DNA of 64,000 nucleotides from Planctomycetota bacterium (GTDB lineage Bacteria; Planctomycetota; B15-G4), in contig CBDFJQ010000002.1 of assembly GCA_965248575.1 (NCBI GenBank), positions 3,552,001 through 3,616,000 on the forward strand, written 5' to 3'. This document shows, piece after piece, positions 18,900-29,637 of the stretch. The position numbers and the translations under genes were made by a program. Numbering within the stretch: position 1 is the first letter of the stretch; every line of letters begins with the position of its first letter. Under the pieces are notes generated by a model, which was not told where the DNA came from, searched no databases, and saw nothing but the letters and a program-made list of their open reading frames with translations.

Positions 18900-21125
18900 T
18901 TACTTCACCTTGATGGAGAGCTTGTAGGCGCCGCCGCTGGCATCGGTGTTGCTAAGGGTCAGGCGGTAGGTCCGGGCCGTGTTCACGAGGATGGCCTTCT
19001 GGCTGGCCTTGGTGCCGGCTGCGTTGGTCGTCTTGGGCTTGCTGGCGGTGAACTCCGCCGGGTCGTCGCCGCTGGCCGGTGCGTTGTCGAAGCTGAAGTC
19101 GACCGGCGTGCCCTTGGCGCCCTTGATCGTCACGCTCACCTGCTGGCCCACACCCAGGGAGAAGTCGATGAAGTGCTCGTCGAGGGAGCCCATGAACTCA
19201 CTCTTGATGCCGATCTTGAGGCCACCTTCCGTGGCGTCGATCACGGGCACCACGGAAGCGTTCGCAGCGATGATGCCGTGCGACATGAAGGGGCCCATGA
19301 GGGCGGCCAGCTTGCGGCGGCCCTTGGGCGTGCCATCGTCCAGCACGCTGCTCATGGCTTCGAAACAGGCCAGGTAGAATGCCTCATACGCAGCCTGGGC
19401 ATTGGCCGGGGTGACGACGGGGAAGCCAACCTCGGCGGTGCTCAGGGGCCAGAGGGGCAAGCTGTCGAACACGAGCACATCCATGGGCACGGCCTTCAAG
19501 CTGCGACGGGCCTTCCAGAGCGCGGCGGCGAAGATCTCTCCCGCTACGTGTTCCTCGGGGAGCAGGGTGCTCTGGCCCACGAGATCGAACAGGTTGTCGG
19601 TGAGCGTCCGCGTGGTGAGCAGGTCGCGCAGCGGCATGCCGTCGGTGCCCACCTCGCCACCGAACTTGCTGAACACGAGGCCGATGGCCGCGGTGTTCAG
19701 GCTGGATGCTGCGAAGTAGTCGGCGAGGGCCTCGTTCACGGCGCGTGGGGGCGTGTCGAGCCCTTGGTCGCCGAGGGTCACGCCCTCCTTGTCCACCACC
19801 GCGTGCACATACTCGTGGCAGACCACCGTGGGGTCCCGGGACAGGTCGTCCATGGGGTCGCCGGTGACGTTGCTGAACTCACCGAAAACGAAAAAGCCAG
19901 GTTCGTAGCCGCCAAAGCCATCGGGGTCTGAGTTGCTGTAGAAAGCGTTGACGTACCCGTTGTTGCCATCGCCGTAGTTCACGTAGCTGAGCAGCGTGTA
20001 GTTGGCGTTGAAGATGCCGATGCGCTTGCTGAAGTAGGCGCCCATCCGCTGCAGCCAGGAGTAGGTGTTCACGTGGTCGAACACCTGGTACTCGGCGGTG
20101 CCCACCACCGTCTTGGTGGAGGCGTCATCGAAAATCCAGTCATGGGCGCCCGAGATGACGATGAAGCCGGCGTCATCCACCACCTGGGCGTAGCGTCCCG
20201 TGAGGGAACCATCGGGGGCGAGAGCGGGGTGGGCGTCCTCCATGGCCACGCCCTTCAGGGTGGTCTTCACGTTCTTCTGCTTGAGGGCGCTGGCGACGCT
20301 CTTGTAGACGCCGCCCCGGCCGCCACCCGTCTCGAACTGGCTGATGGCGTCGTCGTAGCTGAACTTGCCCGTGCCGTGGGTGGTGTTCTCTCGCACCCGG
20401 AGCAGCACGCCGGAGTAGGCGTCCACCTCAAGGGCTAGCGGGATCAAGCCGCGGATGACGTCCACCGAGTGGACCAGCTCCACTCCGTTGTCCATGAGCC
20501 GTGCCACCTGGCGCACTGAGGGTGTCGTGCGCAAGTCGTCGAGGCTCAGGCCAGCGGCGGACAGGGCTGTTGCCACGGTGGTCTCGGTGTCCAGCGCGGG
20601 CGGCGCAGGCACGGAGCTCGTGGGCTGGATGACACCGTGCGCCGCACGCACGAAGCCCTTTGAATCCAGGACGACGGTCAGGCCATGCCCGCTGAGCTCG
20701 AAGCCGTGCACGAGCTGGGTGGACCGAACGACGTCGATGGCGCGCTGCCCCATGCTGCGCGGCATGGAGGGCGTGAGCTGCAGGCTGGTGTTGTCAGTGA
20801 GCCCGAAGCGGGCACCTTGTTCCACCAGGAAGGACGTCGCGCGTTGCTCCGCGCTGGATCCCGTGGTGGGGAAGCGGCCGTCCAGTCGGCGCAGGGAGCC
20901 GGTGCTGGGGTTGTTGTGTGAGGTGGCGCCGGCGGGCAGCGCGGCGGGTTCGTCGCGCACGTCGAGAGTCATGCCGTCGGTGCCTGGGTCCGCAACGGTT
21001 GCGCTCGGGGTCCGGGACGAAACGGCCTGGGCCTGAACCTGTGCCGGTACCTGTGACTGAAGAGGCGAGGTGTTCAGGGCGAGCAGTGCAAAGCCGGCCA
21101 TGAGGCCAGGGATACCGGAACGCAT
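18900..21125 (-). CDS. Secreted thermolysin-like (M4/M36) metallopeptidase with propeptide and C-terminal PPC-like domain
   Basis: Signal peptide; NAFY, HEYVH, NEALADYF, downstream His. Confidence 0.8.
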   Translation of the reverse strand: MRSGIPGLMAGFALLALNTSPLQSQVPAQVQAQAVSSRTPSATVADPGTDGMTLDVRDEPAALPAGATSHNNPSTGSLRRLDGRFPTTGSSAEQRATSFLVEQGARFGLTDNTSLQLTPSMPRSMGQRAIDVVRSTQLVHGFELSGHGLTVVLDSKGFVRAAHGVIQPTSSVPAPPALDTETTVATALSAAGLSLDDLRTTPSVRQVARLMDNGVELVHSVDVIRGLIPLALEVDAYSGVLLRVRENTTHGTGKFSYDDAISQFETGGGRGGVYKSVASALKQKNVKTTLKGVAMEDAHPALAPDGSLTGRYAQVVDDAGFIVISGAHDWIFDDASTKTVVGTAEYQVFDHVNTYSWLQRMGAYFSKRIGIFNANYTLLSYVNYGDGNNGYVNAFYSNSDPDGFGGYEPGFFVFGEFSNVTGDPMDDLSRDPTVVCHEYVHAVVDKEGVTLGDQGLDTPPRAVNEALADYFAASSLNTAAIGLVFSKFGGEVGTDGMPLRDLLTTRTLTDNLFDLVGQSTLLPEEHVAGEIFAAALWKARRSLKAVPMDVLVFDSLPLWPLSTAEVGFPVVTPANAQAAYEAFYLACFEAMSSVLDDGTPKGRRKLAALMGPFMSHGIIAANASVVPVIDATEGGLKIGIKSEFMGSLDEHFIDFSLGVGQQVSVTIKGAKGTPVDFSFDNAPASGDDPAEFTASKPKTTNAAGTKASQKAILVNTARTYRLTLSNTDASGGAYKLSIKVK

Positions 21126-21221
21126 GGGGAACTCCTCCGCGGGCCCCTGGCGAATGGCCAGGGAATCGAAGGATTCATCGAGAGCGAGCCCGCGCAGACT
21201 TGAGGGCTCCTGGAGCCCGGT

Positions 21222-22331
21222 TCACCGGTGATGGCGGGCGGCCTCGGCCATCACGTCGAGGGTCAGCCGAGCGACGTGATCCCAGGTGTAGTGGGCCGCG
21301 ACCCGGGCTGGCCCCCGACGCGACAGATCGGCCCTCAGACCCTCATCAGAGGCCAATTTCTGCAAGGCTGCCCGGAAATCGTCCCGTTGGGCGGGGTCGA
21401 ACACCAGTCCGCAGTCTCCGACTGTCTCGATCAGAGCGGCGCGGTTGGAGCAGGCCACGGGGGTGCCGCAGGCCTGGGCCTCGATGACGGGCAATCCGAA
21501 GCCCTCGTGCAGGGAAGCACAGACGTAGAAGGCGGCGCCGGCCAGCAGGCCCGGGAGGTCCTCATCGACGACCCAGCCCGGCAGCCGCACCCGTTCCTCG
21601 TCGAGGCCGAGGCGTTCGGCGTGGACGCGGAGGGCCTCGCGGTTGGCGTCCCGGGGCCCACCAATGACCAACACCCACTCCTTGTCGAGCGCCGCATCCG
21701 CGAAGGCGTCCAGCAGGCCGTGCGGGTTCTTGCGGTCGGAGTATTCACCCACGAGCAGGATGTACGGGCGTTGCGCCAGGTCGTGGCGCGCGAGCACGGC
21801 CTGCAAGCGGTGGTCGTCCGGACGCCGGAAGGTGTCTGTGTCCACACCCAGCGGGACCACGCGCACCTTCTCGCGCGGGACGCCCACGTGTTCGCCCAAG
21901 GCGACGGCCCCCTGCTCGCTGTAGGAGAGCACGAGGTCGGCGCGGGCAACCGTCTGCCGGATGCGGTCTTGGCGCTTGCGCCGCCAGTCGGCCGACGAGA
22001 GCTCCGGAAACTCGAACACATTGAGGTCGTGCAGCATGACCGTCTTGCCGAACGAGCCGCCGGCTGGCAGGCGGACGCCCACGCCATGCAGGGCATCGAC
22101 ATGCTTGCCGAGGGTGAGGCTCTGCAGCTGGTCCTGGAGCAGGCGCGGCTTGACGCCGGGCAACATCTCGTCGAGCAGACCCCGCTTGAGCCAGCGGTGG
22201 GGGCGCACGCCGAGCAGGAACTCGTGCTCGGGGGCCACCCGGGCGCAGGCCTGCACGAGGTTCCAGCCGTAGGTGGCGATACCGCCGCGCCGGGCCTTCA
22301 CGCAGCTGGAGACGTCGAAGGCGAACCTCAC
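21222..22331 (-). CDS. Glycosyltransferase family 4 (GT-B)
   Basis: GIATY, HDL, RKN, SLHEGFGLPVIEAQACGTPV. Confidence 0.9.
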   Translation of the reverse strand: MRFAFDVSSCVKARRGGIATYGWNLVQACARVAPEHEFLLGVRPHRWLKRGLLDEMLPGVKPRLLQDQLQSLTLGKHVDALHGVGVRLPAGGSFGKTVMLHDLNVFEFPELSSADWRRKRQDRIRQTVARADLVLSYSEQGAVALGEHVGVPREKVRVVPLGVDTDTFRRPDDHRLQAVLARHDLAQRPYILLVGEYSDRKNPHGLLDAFADAALDKEWVLVIGGPRDANREALRVHAERLGLDEERVRLPGWVVDEDLPGLLAGAAFYVCASLHEGFGLPVIEAQACGTPVACSNRAALIETVGDCGLVFDPAQRDDFRAALQKLASDEGLRADLSRRGPARVAAHYTWDHVARLTLDVMAEAARHHR

Positions 22332-22597
22332 TTCGTCTTGTTCACATACCCCATCTTGAGCACCGGCAGCAACTGGGTGAGGTAGGTCTCCTCCTCCTCG
22401 TTGCGCTGGCCACGGGTCTTCTCTTCGATCACGGTGAGCATGTCGATGAGGTAGCGGGCGGCCGGCAGGTTCGACTCGCGCGTCTTGGTGATGGGATTCT
22501 CCACCTCACCCAGGGCGATGGTCACTTGCTGAGCCATGTCGAAGAGATGCCGCGTGAGCGTCGCTTCGGGGAAGTCCTGGGTCTGTGTGTCGCTCAT
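22328..22597 (-). CDS. DUF1844-like small protein
   Basis: [10 protein letters not shown]...[17 protein letters not shown]; coupled to pyrG stop. Confidence 0.75.
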   Translation of the reverse strand: MSDTQTQDFPEATLTRHLFDMAQQVTIALGEVENPITKTRESNLPAARYLIDMLTVIEEKTRGQRNEEEETYLTQLLPVLKMGYVNKTK

Positions 22598-24261
22598 GAG
22601 TGCCTCTGGGGCTCGGCCTTGGGTTCCGCGGAGGCGGGGACGCCGCCGCTGGCTGCGGGGCTTCCGTGGGCCCGCATGTCGGCCGCGTTCACGAAGCCGT
22701 CGAAGAGGGGGTGGGGTGCCGTGGGCTTGCTCTTGAACTCGGGGTGGAACTGCACGGCCACGAACCAGGGGTGGTCGGCGATCTCGACGATCTCCACCAG
22801 GTTCTGGTCGGCACCGATGCCGGTGAACAGCATGCCGGCGGCCTCGAGCTGGTCGCGGTAGGCGTTGTTGAACTCCCAGCGGTGGCGATGGCGCTCGCTG
22901 ACGGAGTCGCTGCCGTAGGCTTCCAGGGCCTTGCCGCCCATGAGCCGGCAGGTCTGTGCCCCGAGGCGCATGGTGCCGCCCTTTTCGGTGACCTTCTGCT
23001 GTTCGTCGAGCAGGCAGATGACGGGGTGTGGGGTGGTGGGGTCGATCTCGGTGCTGTTGGCGTCCGTGAGGCCGCAAACGTGGCGTGAGAAGTCGATGAC
23101 CGCCATGTGCAGCCCGTAGCAGAGGCCGAAGTAGGGGACGCCGTTCTCTCGAGCGAACTTTGAAGCGAGCACCTTGCCTTCGATGCCGCGTCCGCCGAAG
23201 CCGCCCGGCACGCAGATGCCATGCATGTTGCCCAGCAGTTCGTGTGCGTTGTCTTCGCTGAGATCATCGGAGGAGAGCTTGTGCAGGCGGACCTTCACCT
23301 CGTGGGCAATGCCTGCGTGGGCCAGCGCTTCGTAGATGGACTTGTAGGCGTCGTTCAGGCCCATGTACTTGCCCACCACCGCGATGTCGATCTCGCGCGT
23401 GCTGCGTTTCACGGTGCTGAGGATGTGGCTCCAGGCCGAGAGATCCGGTTCGGGGAGCTCCAGGCCGAACTTGTTGCCGATCTTCGTGTGGATGCCTTCC
23501 GCCGCGAGCATCAGGGGCAGCTCGTAGATCGAGGTCTCCACGTCCTGCTCTTCGATCACATAGTCCGGGCGCACGTTGCAGAAGAGGGAGATCTTGCGTC
23601 CCATCTCTTCCGTCATGGGGTGCTCGGTGCGGCAGACGAGGATGTCCGGCTGGATGCCGATCTCGCGCAGCTTGCCCACGGATTGCTGGGTGGGCTTGGT
23701 CTTCAGCTCTCCGCTGGCCGCCAGGTGCACCAGCAAGGTGAGGTGGATGAACAGGCAGTCGCCCGGCTCGTGCTCGATGCTGTACTGACGAATGGCTTCC
23801 AGGAAGGGCAGGCTCTCGATGTCGCCCACCGTGCCGCCGATCTCGGTGATGACCACGTCGACATCGTCCCCGCACAGGCGGTCGATGCCGGCCTTGATCT
23901 CGTCGGTGATGTGCGGAATGACCTGAACCGTCTCACCCAGGTACTCGCCTGCCCGCTCCTTGGCGATGACCGAGCTGTAGATCTTGCCCGTGGTGTAATT
24001 GCAGTCAGCGGTGAGGGGCGCCTGCGTGTAGCGCTCGTAGTGCCCGAGGTCGAGGTCCATCTCGGAGCCGTCGTCCAGCACATACACCTCGCCGTGCTGA
24101 TACGGGTTCATGGTGCCCGGATCGACGTTGATGTAGGGGTCGAGCTTCTGCATCCGGACGGACAGGCCGCAGTTCTCGAGAATGCAGCCAACGCTGGCAG
24201 CCGTGAGGCCCTTGCCCAGCGAGGACACGACGCCGCCCGTTACAAAGATGTGTTTGGTCAT
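22594..24261 (-). CDS. pyrG: CTP synthase
   Basis: [52 protein letters not shown]. Confidence 0.98.
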   Translation of the reverse strand: MTKHIFVTGGVVSSLGKGLTAASVGCILENCGLSVRMQKLDPYINVDPGTMNPYQHGEVYVLDDGSEMDLDLGHYERYTQAPLTADCNYTTGKIYSSVIAKERAGEYLGETVQVIPHITDEIKAGIDRLCGDDVDVVITEIGGTVGDIESLPFLEAIRQYSIEHEPGDCLFIHLTLLVHLAASGELKTKPTQQSVGKLREIGIQPDILVCRTEHPMTEEMGRKISLFCNVRPDYVIEEQDVETSIYELPLMLAAEGIHTKIGNKFGLELPEPDLSAWSHILSTVKRSTREIDIAVVGKYMGLNDAYKSIYEALAHAGIAHEVKVRLHKLSSDDLSEDNAHELLGNMHGICVPGGFGGRGIEGKVLASKFARENGVPYFGLCYGLHMAVIDFSRHVCGLTDANSTEIDPTTPHPVICLLDEQQKVTEKGGTMRLGAQTCRLMGGKALEAYGSDSVSERHRHRWEFNNAYRDQLEAAGMLFTGIGADQNLVEIVEIADHPWFVAVQFHPEFKSKPTAPHPLFDGFVNAADMRAHGSPAASGGVPASAEPKAEPQRHS

Positions 24262-25028
24262 GAAGAAGAGGTCTCGAGCCCTGCCCAGTGCTTGACGAAT
24301 CGAGCGTAGTCGTCGGCTGTATCGATTCCCAGAGCGTCGTTCTCCGTGACGACGACCCCGATGCTGATGCCGCTGTCGAGCGCTCGCAGTTGCTCGAGGC
24401 GCTCCCGTTGTTCGAGGGATGTGGGCGGCGCCGCGGCGAAGGCGAACAGGGCCTCGCGCCGAAAGGCGTACACACCCAGGTGCAGCCATGCTCCCACAGG
24501 AGACGACCCGTGGGGGCCATATGGGATGGGTGAGCGAGAGAAATAGAGGGCCCGGCCATCGGCCGCGAACACCACCTTGACGGCATTCGGGTCCAGGAAG
24601 ATGTCGCTCTCGGCCTCGCCCAGGGGGCGGGCCAAGGTGGCCATCTGCTCGTCGGTCTCTCGCAGGCGTTGGACGAGGCCATCGAGATCCGCCGGATCGA
24701 TCTCCGGTTCATCGCCCTGCACGTTGATCAGGATCTCCGCCTCGAGGCCGGCGGCGACTTCGGCCACGCGATCGGTCCCGGACGGGTGGTCGTCGCGGGT
24801 CATGACGCAGCGTCCACCAAAGGCCTCGACGGCCTGGACGATGCGCGCATCGTCGGTGGCCACCACCACCTCGGACAGCTGGCTGGCCTGGCTGACTCTC
24901 TCCCAAACGTGCTGGATGAGGGGTTTGCCCGTCTCGGCCAGGAGCGGCTTCCCGGGCAGGCGCTGTGAGGCCCAGCGGGCAGGAATCACCGCGGCAGCGG
25001 TCAGGGGTGCGAGGCCAGGGTCCGTCAC
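24258..25028 (-). CDS. kdsB: 3-deoxy-manno-octulosonate cytidylyltransferase
   Basis: [45 protein letters not shown]. Confidence 0.95.
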   Translation of the reverse strand: MTDPGLAPLTAAAVIPARWASQRLPGKPLLAETGKPLIQHVWERVSQASQLSEVVVATDDARIVQAVEAFGGRCVMTRDDHPSGTDRVAEVAAGLEAEILINVQGDEPEIDPADLDGLVQRLRETDEQMATLARPLGEAESDIFLDPNAVKVVFAADGRALYFSRSPIPYGPHGSSPVGAWLHLGVYAFRREALFAFAAAPPTSLEQRERLEQLRALDSGISIGVVVTENDALGIDTADDYARFVKHWAGLETSSS

Positions 25029-25552
25029 GGTGTCGTCCGGAAAAGTTGCTGGGCGCCCTCGGGCCGGGCGACATGCTGGGCGCCGCCCACGTGGCTGTAG
25101 TACTCGCTCATGGTGAGCTTGGCGAGGCTGTACGCCCGGCGTTCCTCCGCCGAGGCGCCAGGGCCCGGTTTGTTGAAGTGGCGCTGGCGTCCGTCCTGGT
25201 CAACCAAGAGGTAGCTCTGCTTGCCGTTGAGTTCGTCTGGGGCGCCATCCCTTTGGTAGAGGCCCATGCCCGTCGCTTCCAGTGAAGCCAGCAGCTGACC
25301 CACGAGGCGGTCCGGGGCGCGCTTCATGCTGGCGTCGCTGCGAGCGCGCGAATAGAGGTCAGACAGTTCGGGATAGCTCTCATTGGCCAAGGCCAGTTCG
25401 ACGCCGTTCTCGGCCTCGTAGAGCCGGATCACGATGCGGCTGCCCTCGGACACGGGCACTTCCGGGATGCTGGCGCAGGCCGGCAGACCCAGGCCTGCGG
25501 CGGCGGCGGCCATGAACAGGCAGCAAAAAAGGGTGGCACCCCGAAAGGTCAT
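25025..25552 (-). CDS. Hypothetical lipoprotein
   Basis: Signal with lipobox-like LPAC; stop overlaps kdsB start. Confidence 0.6.
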   Translation of the reverse strand: MTFRGATLFCCLFMAAAAAGLGLPACASIPEVPVSEGSRIVIRLYEAENGVELALANESYPELSDLYSRARSDASMKRAPDRLVGQLLASLEATGMGLYQRDGAPDELNGKQSYLLVDQDGRQRHFNKPGPGASAEERRAYSLAKLTMSEYYSHVGGAQHVARPEGAQQLFRTTP

Positions 25553-25651
25553 GAATGCTGAGGCCCTGAGTGGGGTCGGCGGGCAGGGCGTCCGCTGCGG
25601 TCGGCAGCGCGCTCTGTGAAAGAGTCGAGATATAGAGCAAGCTCGGAAAGC

Positions 25652-26371
25652 GTGTCAAGAACGGTTGATGAGTCCTCCGGGGCGGGTGACGCCCCTGCGC
25701 CCGAACCGCCCCCTCGGGGCGAACTGGAGCGATATCCGGCCCAGGTGCTGAAGGACGAGGGCCCGGGCGCCCCCAAGGTGGTGCGCTACGAGCTGCCCAG
25801 CGGACCGGTGGTGCTCAAAGAGTGGGTTCCCACCGGCAGCCGCATCTTCAGCTGGTGGGCACGGGGCGTCATGAAGCGCGAGATCCGCAACCATCGCCTT
25901 CTCAGCGGCACTCCCGGCATCCCCCGCTTCCTGGGCCAGTACAGCGAGGTGGCTTTCCTCATGGAATGGGTCGATGCCCAGCCCATCCGGCGTCGACTGC
26001 CCACCGAACTCAAGGAACGAGGCCTGGATGCCCTGGAGGCGGCCTTGGCTGCCTTGCACGCACGCCGCTTCGTGCACCTCGACCTGCACCAGAAGTTGAA
26101 CGCCCTCGTGGGCGAGGACGGACGGGCTTGGCTGATCGACCTCGGTCAGGGCATCGACTGCTCGCGAGGGGTCGTGCGCCGCCTGCTGTTTCCGCACCTG
26201 GCACGCATCGATCGCCGGGCGATCGAGAAGTTCCGGGCCAAGTATGCGCCGCAGACCTTGCCCGAGGACACGCGCGACGCCCTGGTCGAGCGCTACAGCG
26301 AAGGACGCGGGCGGGCTTGGAAGGCGTGGCATCGCAAGCTACGTCGCCGCCTGCTGGGCGAACGCCGTTAG
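25652..26371 (+). CDS. Small kinase, RIO/Kdo-WaaP-like fold
   Basis: VLKE, HLDLH..N, IDLG motifs; start uncertain. Confidence 0.65.
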   Translation: MSRTVDESSGAGDAPAPEPPPRGELERYPAQVLKDEGPGAPKVVRYELPSGPVVLKEWVPTGSRIFSWWARGVMKREIRNHRLLSGTPGIPRFLGQYSEVAFLMEWVDAQPIRRRLPTELKERGLDALEAALAALHARRFVHLDLHQKLNALVGEDGRAWLIDLGQGIDCSRGVVRRLLFPHLARIDRRAIEKFRAKYAPQTLPEDTRDALVERYSEGRGRAWKAWHRKLRRRLLGERR

Positions 26372-26545
26372 TCGTGTTTTGTTTTTGAAACGCCCATTCC
26401 GCACGCCTACCCTTCGGGGTGCTGTTACCTCGTGGGCTGCGCGCTCGGCGGTGTGTCGCCCCACGATCGAGGTCTAAACCGCGCACGGCTTTCCAAGCAG
26501 ATCGTCGCGCGCATTCGGTAGGTGTTTTGTTTGGGAGGGTGTGCC

Positions 26546-27418
26546 GTGGATGGCGTCGAGCGCGTCATGGTGCTCGGAATTCTGGCGGTTATTGCTGCAA
26601 TCCTCAGCTTCGCTTGGAGCGCGACGGACGACAGCACGACCCCGGACGGGCACCTGGATCCCATTGGAGTGACCGGTGGGGCGAATGGTGGACGGGGCGG
26701 AATCGTCCCCCTGTCGAGCAACTCGACTTCGGGTGGCGTGGTGCTGGACGACAGCGCCCTGAACCAGCTCGACAAGAGCCGCCTGAATGCGGTGGAGGCT
26801 CGTCGCCAGCAGAAGCTCCAGCGCGACAAGTTCCTCAAGGGTGGCTCTGAGAAGACCGGAACCGAGCCCAAGACGGCTCCGAAGACCGGGGCCGGGGCAG
26901 ATCAGGCGACTCGAGCAGCCCAGAAGGGGGTGACCCCCTCGACCTTCGTGTCCCTGAAGCCCACTGCGGCCCAGAACGAGGAGTACGAGGCCGGTTCCGA
27001 CGAACCTACCTTCCGGCTCTACACCCTGGCGGATGGCGACACCCTCTGGGGCCTTGCGTTCCGGGAGGTGGGTGCGGGTAACACCGATCGGGTCGTGGCC
27101 CTCATCCAGGAGCTGAACCCGGGACTGTCTGCGGACAACTTTCCGGAGGGCCGGACGATTCGTTTGCCGCTCTTCCGCAAGGGAGCAGCGCCAGTAAAGG
27201 GCGCCGCGCGTCTGCAGAACAAGACGCCCTCCGAACGGGCCGAAGAAACAGGCGCAAGCGTCTACGTCGTGGGAGCTGGTGACACCCTGGAGGCCATCGC
27301 TCGCAACGAACTGGGTGACCGAGGCCGCTGGAAAGAGATCTACCAGCTGAACAAGACCACCGTCCAAGATCCCGAGAGCATTCGCCCCGGTCAGCGGCTC
27401 CTGCTTCCGGAAGAGTAG
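26546..27418 (+). CDS. Membrane-anchored protein with two LysM peptidoglycan-binding domains
   Basis: N-terminal TM; YTLADGDTLWGLA and YVVGAGDTLEAIA...IRPGQRLLLP. Confidence 0.85.
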   Translation: MDGVERVMVLGILAVIAAILSFAWSATDDSTTPDGHLDPIGVTGGANGGRGGIVPLSSNSTSGGVVLDDSALNQLDKSRLNAVEARRQQKLQRDKFLKGGSEKTGTEPKTAPKTGAGADQATRAAQKGVTPSTFVSLKPTAAQNEEYEAGSDEPTFRLYTLADGDTLWGLAFREVGAGNTDRVVALIQELNPGLSADNFPEGRTIRLPLFRKGAAPVKGAARLQNKTPSERAEETGASVYVVGAGDTLEAIARNELGDRGRWKEIYQLNKTTVQDPESIRPGQRLLLPEE

Positions 27419-27425
27419 GGGCCTC

Positions 27426-28571
27426 GTGGCAGACGGGCGTCTCTATGTGGGCGTCATGTCGGGCACGAGCTGTGACGGTGTGGACGCCGTGGCCGTGCGG
27501 GTGCTGGGCGGTCCGGCTGGGCTGAAGCCCTTGAGCGTCGATGTGTTGGCGCACGAGCACTCGCCCTACGAGGCTGCCTTTCGCGCTCGCCTGCTCGCCT
27601 TGCCCGATGCACGGGTGGAACAAGTCGCGCGCCTGCACGTCGAACTGGGGCAACGCTTCGCTGCGACGGTCGTGCGCGCCCTGGCCGCGGCGGGTATCGA
27701 CGCTGCGGACGTCTGTGCGGTGGGTTCGCCGGGACACACGGCGCTGCACATCCCTCCCACGGCTGGCGATCCAGGGGCGACCCTCTCGCTGGGCGACGGC
27801 GATGTGTTGGCCGAGCTGAGCGGCTGCCCGGTGCTGTGCGATACGCGCGCGCGGGATCGTGCCGCCGGGGGTCACGGCGCCCCCCTCGTGCCCTTCGCCG
27901 ACGCCTGCTTGTTGCGCACGCCGGGTCGGGTTCGGGCGGCGCTGAACCTGGGTGGCATCGGCAACATCACCGTCGTGCCGCCCGACGGCCCGCCCAGCGC
28001 TTTCGACACGGGGCCGGGGAACATGCATCTCGATGGGGCCCTGGCCCGGGCGACCGCTGGCGAACTCTGCATGGACGAAGGCGGGGCGCTGGGTCTCGCT
28101 GGTCAGGTGCAGCAGGCATGGCTCGAGGCTGCCTTGGAGGCCGACGACTTCCTGCGCGCAACGCCACCTCGGTCCACGGGGCGCGAGCGTTACGGCGCCC
28201 CCTTTCTCGACGCTCACTGGCCGGTCCTCGGCGGCTTGGAGCTCCCGGACCTGGCGGCGACCCTGGCGGCCTACACCGTGGAGTCCGTGGTGCGTTCGCT
28301 GCGGGACTTCGTGCCCGATGCCCCGGCAGACCTCGTGGTGTCCGGGGGTGGAGCCTTCAACGCGTGCATCATGGCCGGCTTGTCCCGCCGGCTGCCCGGG
28401 ACCAAGGTGGTGGACAGCGCGACGGCCTTGGGTCTGCCCGTCCTGGCGCGGGAGGCGGTGTCCTTCGCCCTGCTGGCGGACGCCACCCTCGCAGGGGTGG
28501 CCGGAAATGTGCCGGGTGTCACCGGTGCGGGGCGGGCCGTGCGCCTCGGCAAGCTCTGTTTCGCGCCCTGA
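27426..28571 (+). CDS. anmK: Anhydro-N-acetylmuramic acid kinase
   Basis: GVMSGTSCDGVD, GGHGAPLVP, NLGGIGN, FDTGPGN, STGRE, REAVSFA. Confidence 0.95.
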   Translation: MADGRLYVGVMSGTSCDGVDAVAVRVLGGPAGLKPLSVDVLAHEHSPYEAAFRARLLALPDARVEQVARLHVELGQRFAATVVRALAAAGIDAADVCAVGSPGHTALHIPPTAGDPGATLSLGDGDVLAELSGCPVLCDTRARDRAAGGHGAPLVPFADACLLRTPGRVRAALNLGGIGNITVVPPDGPPSAFDTGPGNMHLDGALARATAGELCMDEGGALGLAGQVQQAWLEAALEADDFLRATPPRSTGRERYGAPFLDAHWPVLGGLELPDLAATLAAYTVESVVRSLRDFVPDAPADLVVSGGGAFNACIMAGLSRRLPGTKVVDSATALGLPVLAREAVSFALLADATLAGVAGNVPGVTGAGRAVRLGKLCFAP

Positions 28572-28756
28572 TTCGCCGGGCTCGGACAAGACCGTTCTTG
28601 GAGAGCACCCTTCGGTCCGTCGAGGCGCCGTCGCCACAGACTGCTAGACAGGAACCCCACGTCGGGGCATTCTCGCCGCCCACACCCTGAGCCCCCGCGC
28701 GGCAGATTGGCCGGACGCAGAGCATGGGGCCCACCCCGTTTGAAGGAGTTGCGCGC

Positions 28757-29617
28757 ATGGAACCCGTCACCCTCGGCGTCATCGGCGGCAGCGGTCTGTA
28801 CGAGATGGACGGCCTCACGGATATCTCCGAGGTCACGCCCAGCACGCCCTTTGGCGAGCCCTCGGATGCCATCACGCTCGCGACCCTCGCCGGGCACCGC
28901 ATCGCCTTCCTGCCGCGCCATGGCCGGGGCCACCGGCTGCTGCCCACCGAGGTGCCGAGCCGCGCCAACATCGCCGCCCTCAAGGGCCTGGGTGTGCAAC
29001 GCATCCTCTCCTTCAGCGCCGTGGGCAGCCTGTGTGAGGAGATGGCGCCGCGTCATTTCGTCGTGCCGAACCAGCTCATCGATCGCACCCGGCATCGCCC
29101 GGACACCTTCTTCGGCGACGGCATCGTGGGCCACGTGGGCTTCGCCGATCCCTTCGCCAACGCCCTGGGCGACGTGCTCTACGACGCCATGGAGGGCTTG
29201 GACGTCACCCGCCACAAGGGCGGCACGTTGGTCTGCATGGAGGGTCCGCTCTTCAGCACCCGCGCCGAGAGCGAGCTCTACCGTTCGTGGGGTGCGCAGT
29301 TGATCAACATGTCGGCGCTGCCCGAGAGCAAGCTCGCCCGGGAGGCCGGTATCGAGTACGGCCTCGTGTGCATGGTCACCGACTACGACTGCTGGCACAC
29401 GGCCCACGACGATGTGGACATCCAGATGGTGATCGCCAACCTGGTGGCCAACGCTGGCAACGCCAAGAAGTTGTTGGAGGTGGCGCTGCCCAAGGTGGCC
29501 GCGAGCCCCCGGGACACGGCCATCGCCGAGGCCAGCAAGTTTGCGGTGATCACTGCGCCGGAGCTGCGGCCGGCTGCAACGGTCGAGCGGCTGCGGGGCA
29601 TCATCGACGGGATCTAG
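28757..29617 (+). CDS. mtnP: S-methyl-5'-thioadenosine phosphorylase
   Basis: GVIGGSGLY, TPFGEPS, RHGRGH, EGPLFSTRAES, TDYDCW; AAGGAG RBS. Confidence 0.93.
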   Translation: MEPVTLGVIGGSGLYEMDGLTDISEVTPSTPFGEPSDAITLATLAGHRIAFLPRHGRGHRLLPTEVPSRANIAALKGLGVQRILSFSAVGSLCEEMAPRHFVVPNQLIDRTRHRPDTFFGDGIVGHVGFADPFANALGDVLYDAMEGLDVTRHKGGTLVCMEGPLFSTRAESELYRSWGAQLINMSALPESKLAREAGIEYGLVCMVTDYDCWHTAHDDVDIQMVIANLVANAGNAKKLLEVALPKVAASPRDTAIAEASKFAVITAPELRPAATVERLRGIIDGI

Positions 29618-29637
29618 GAACGCGGGGGGGTCCCGGG

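Noticed and set aside
26466..26525. GGTCTAAACC...CGGTAGGT resembling part of a c-di-GMP-I riboswitch
   Set aside because: The GCAAA motifs and GNRA stem are missing on both strands
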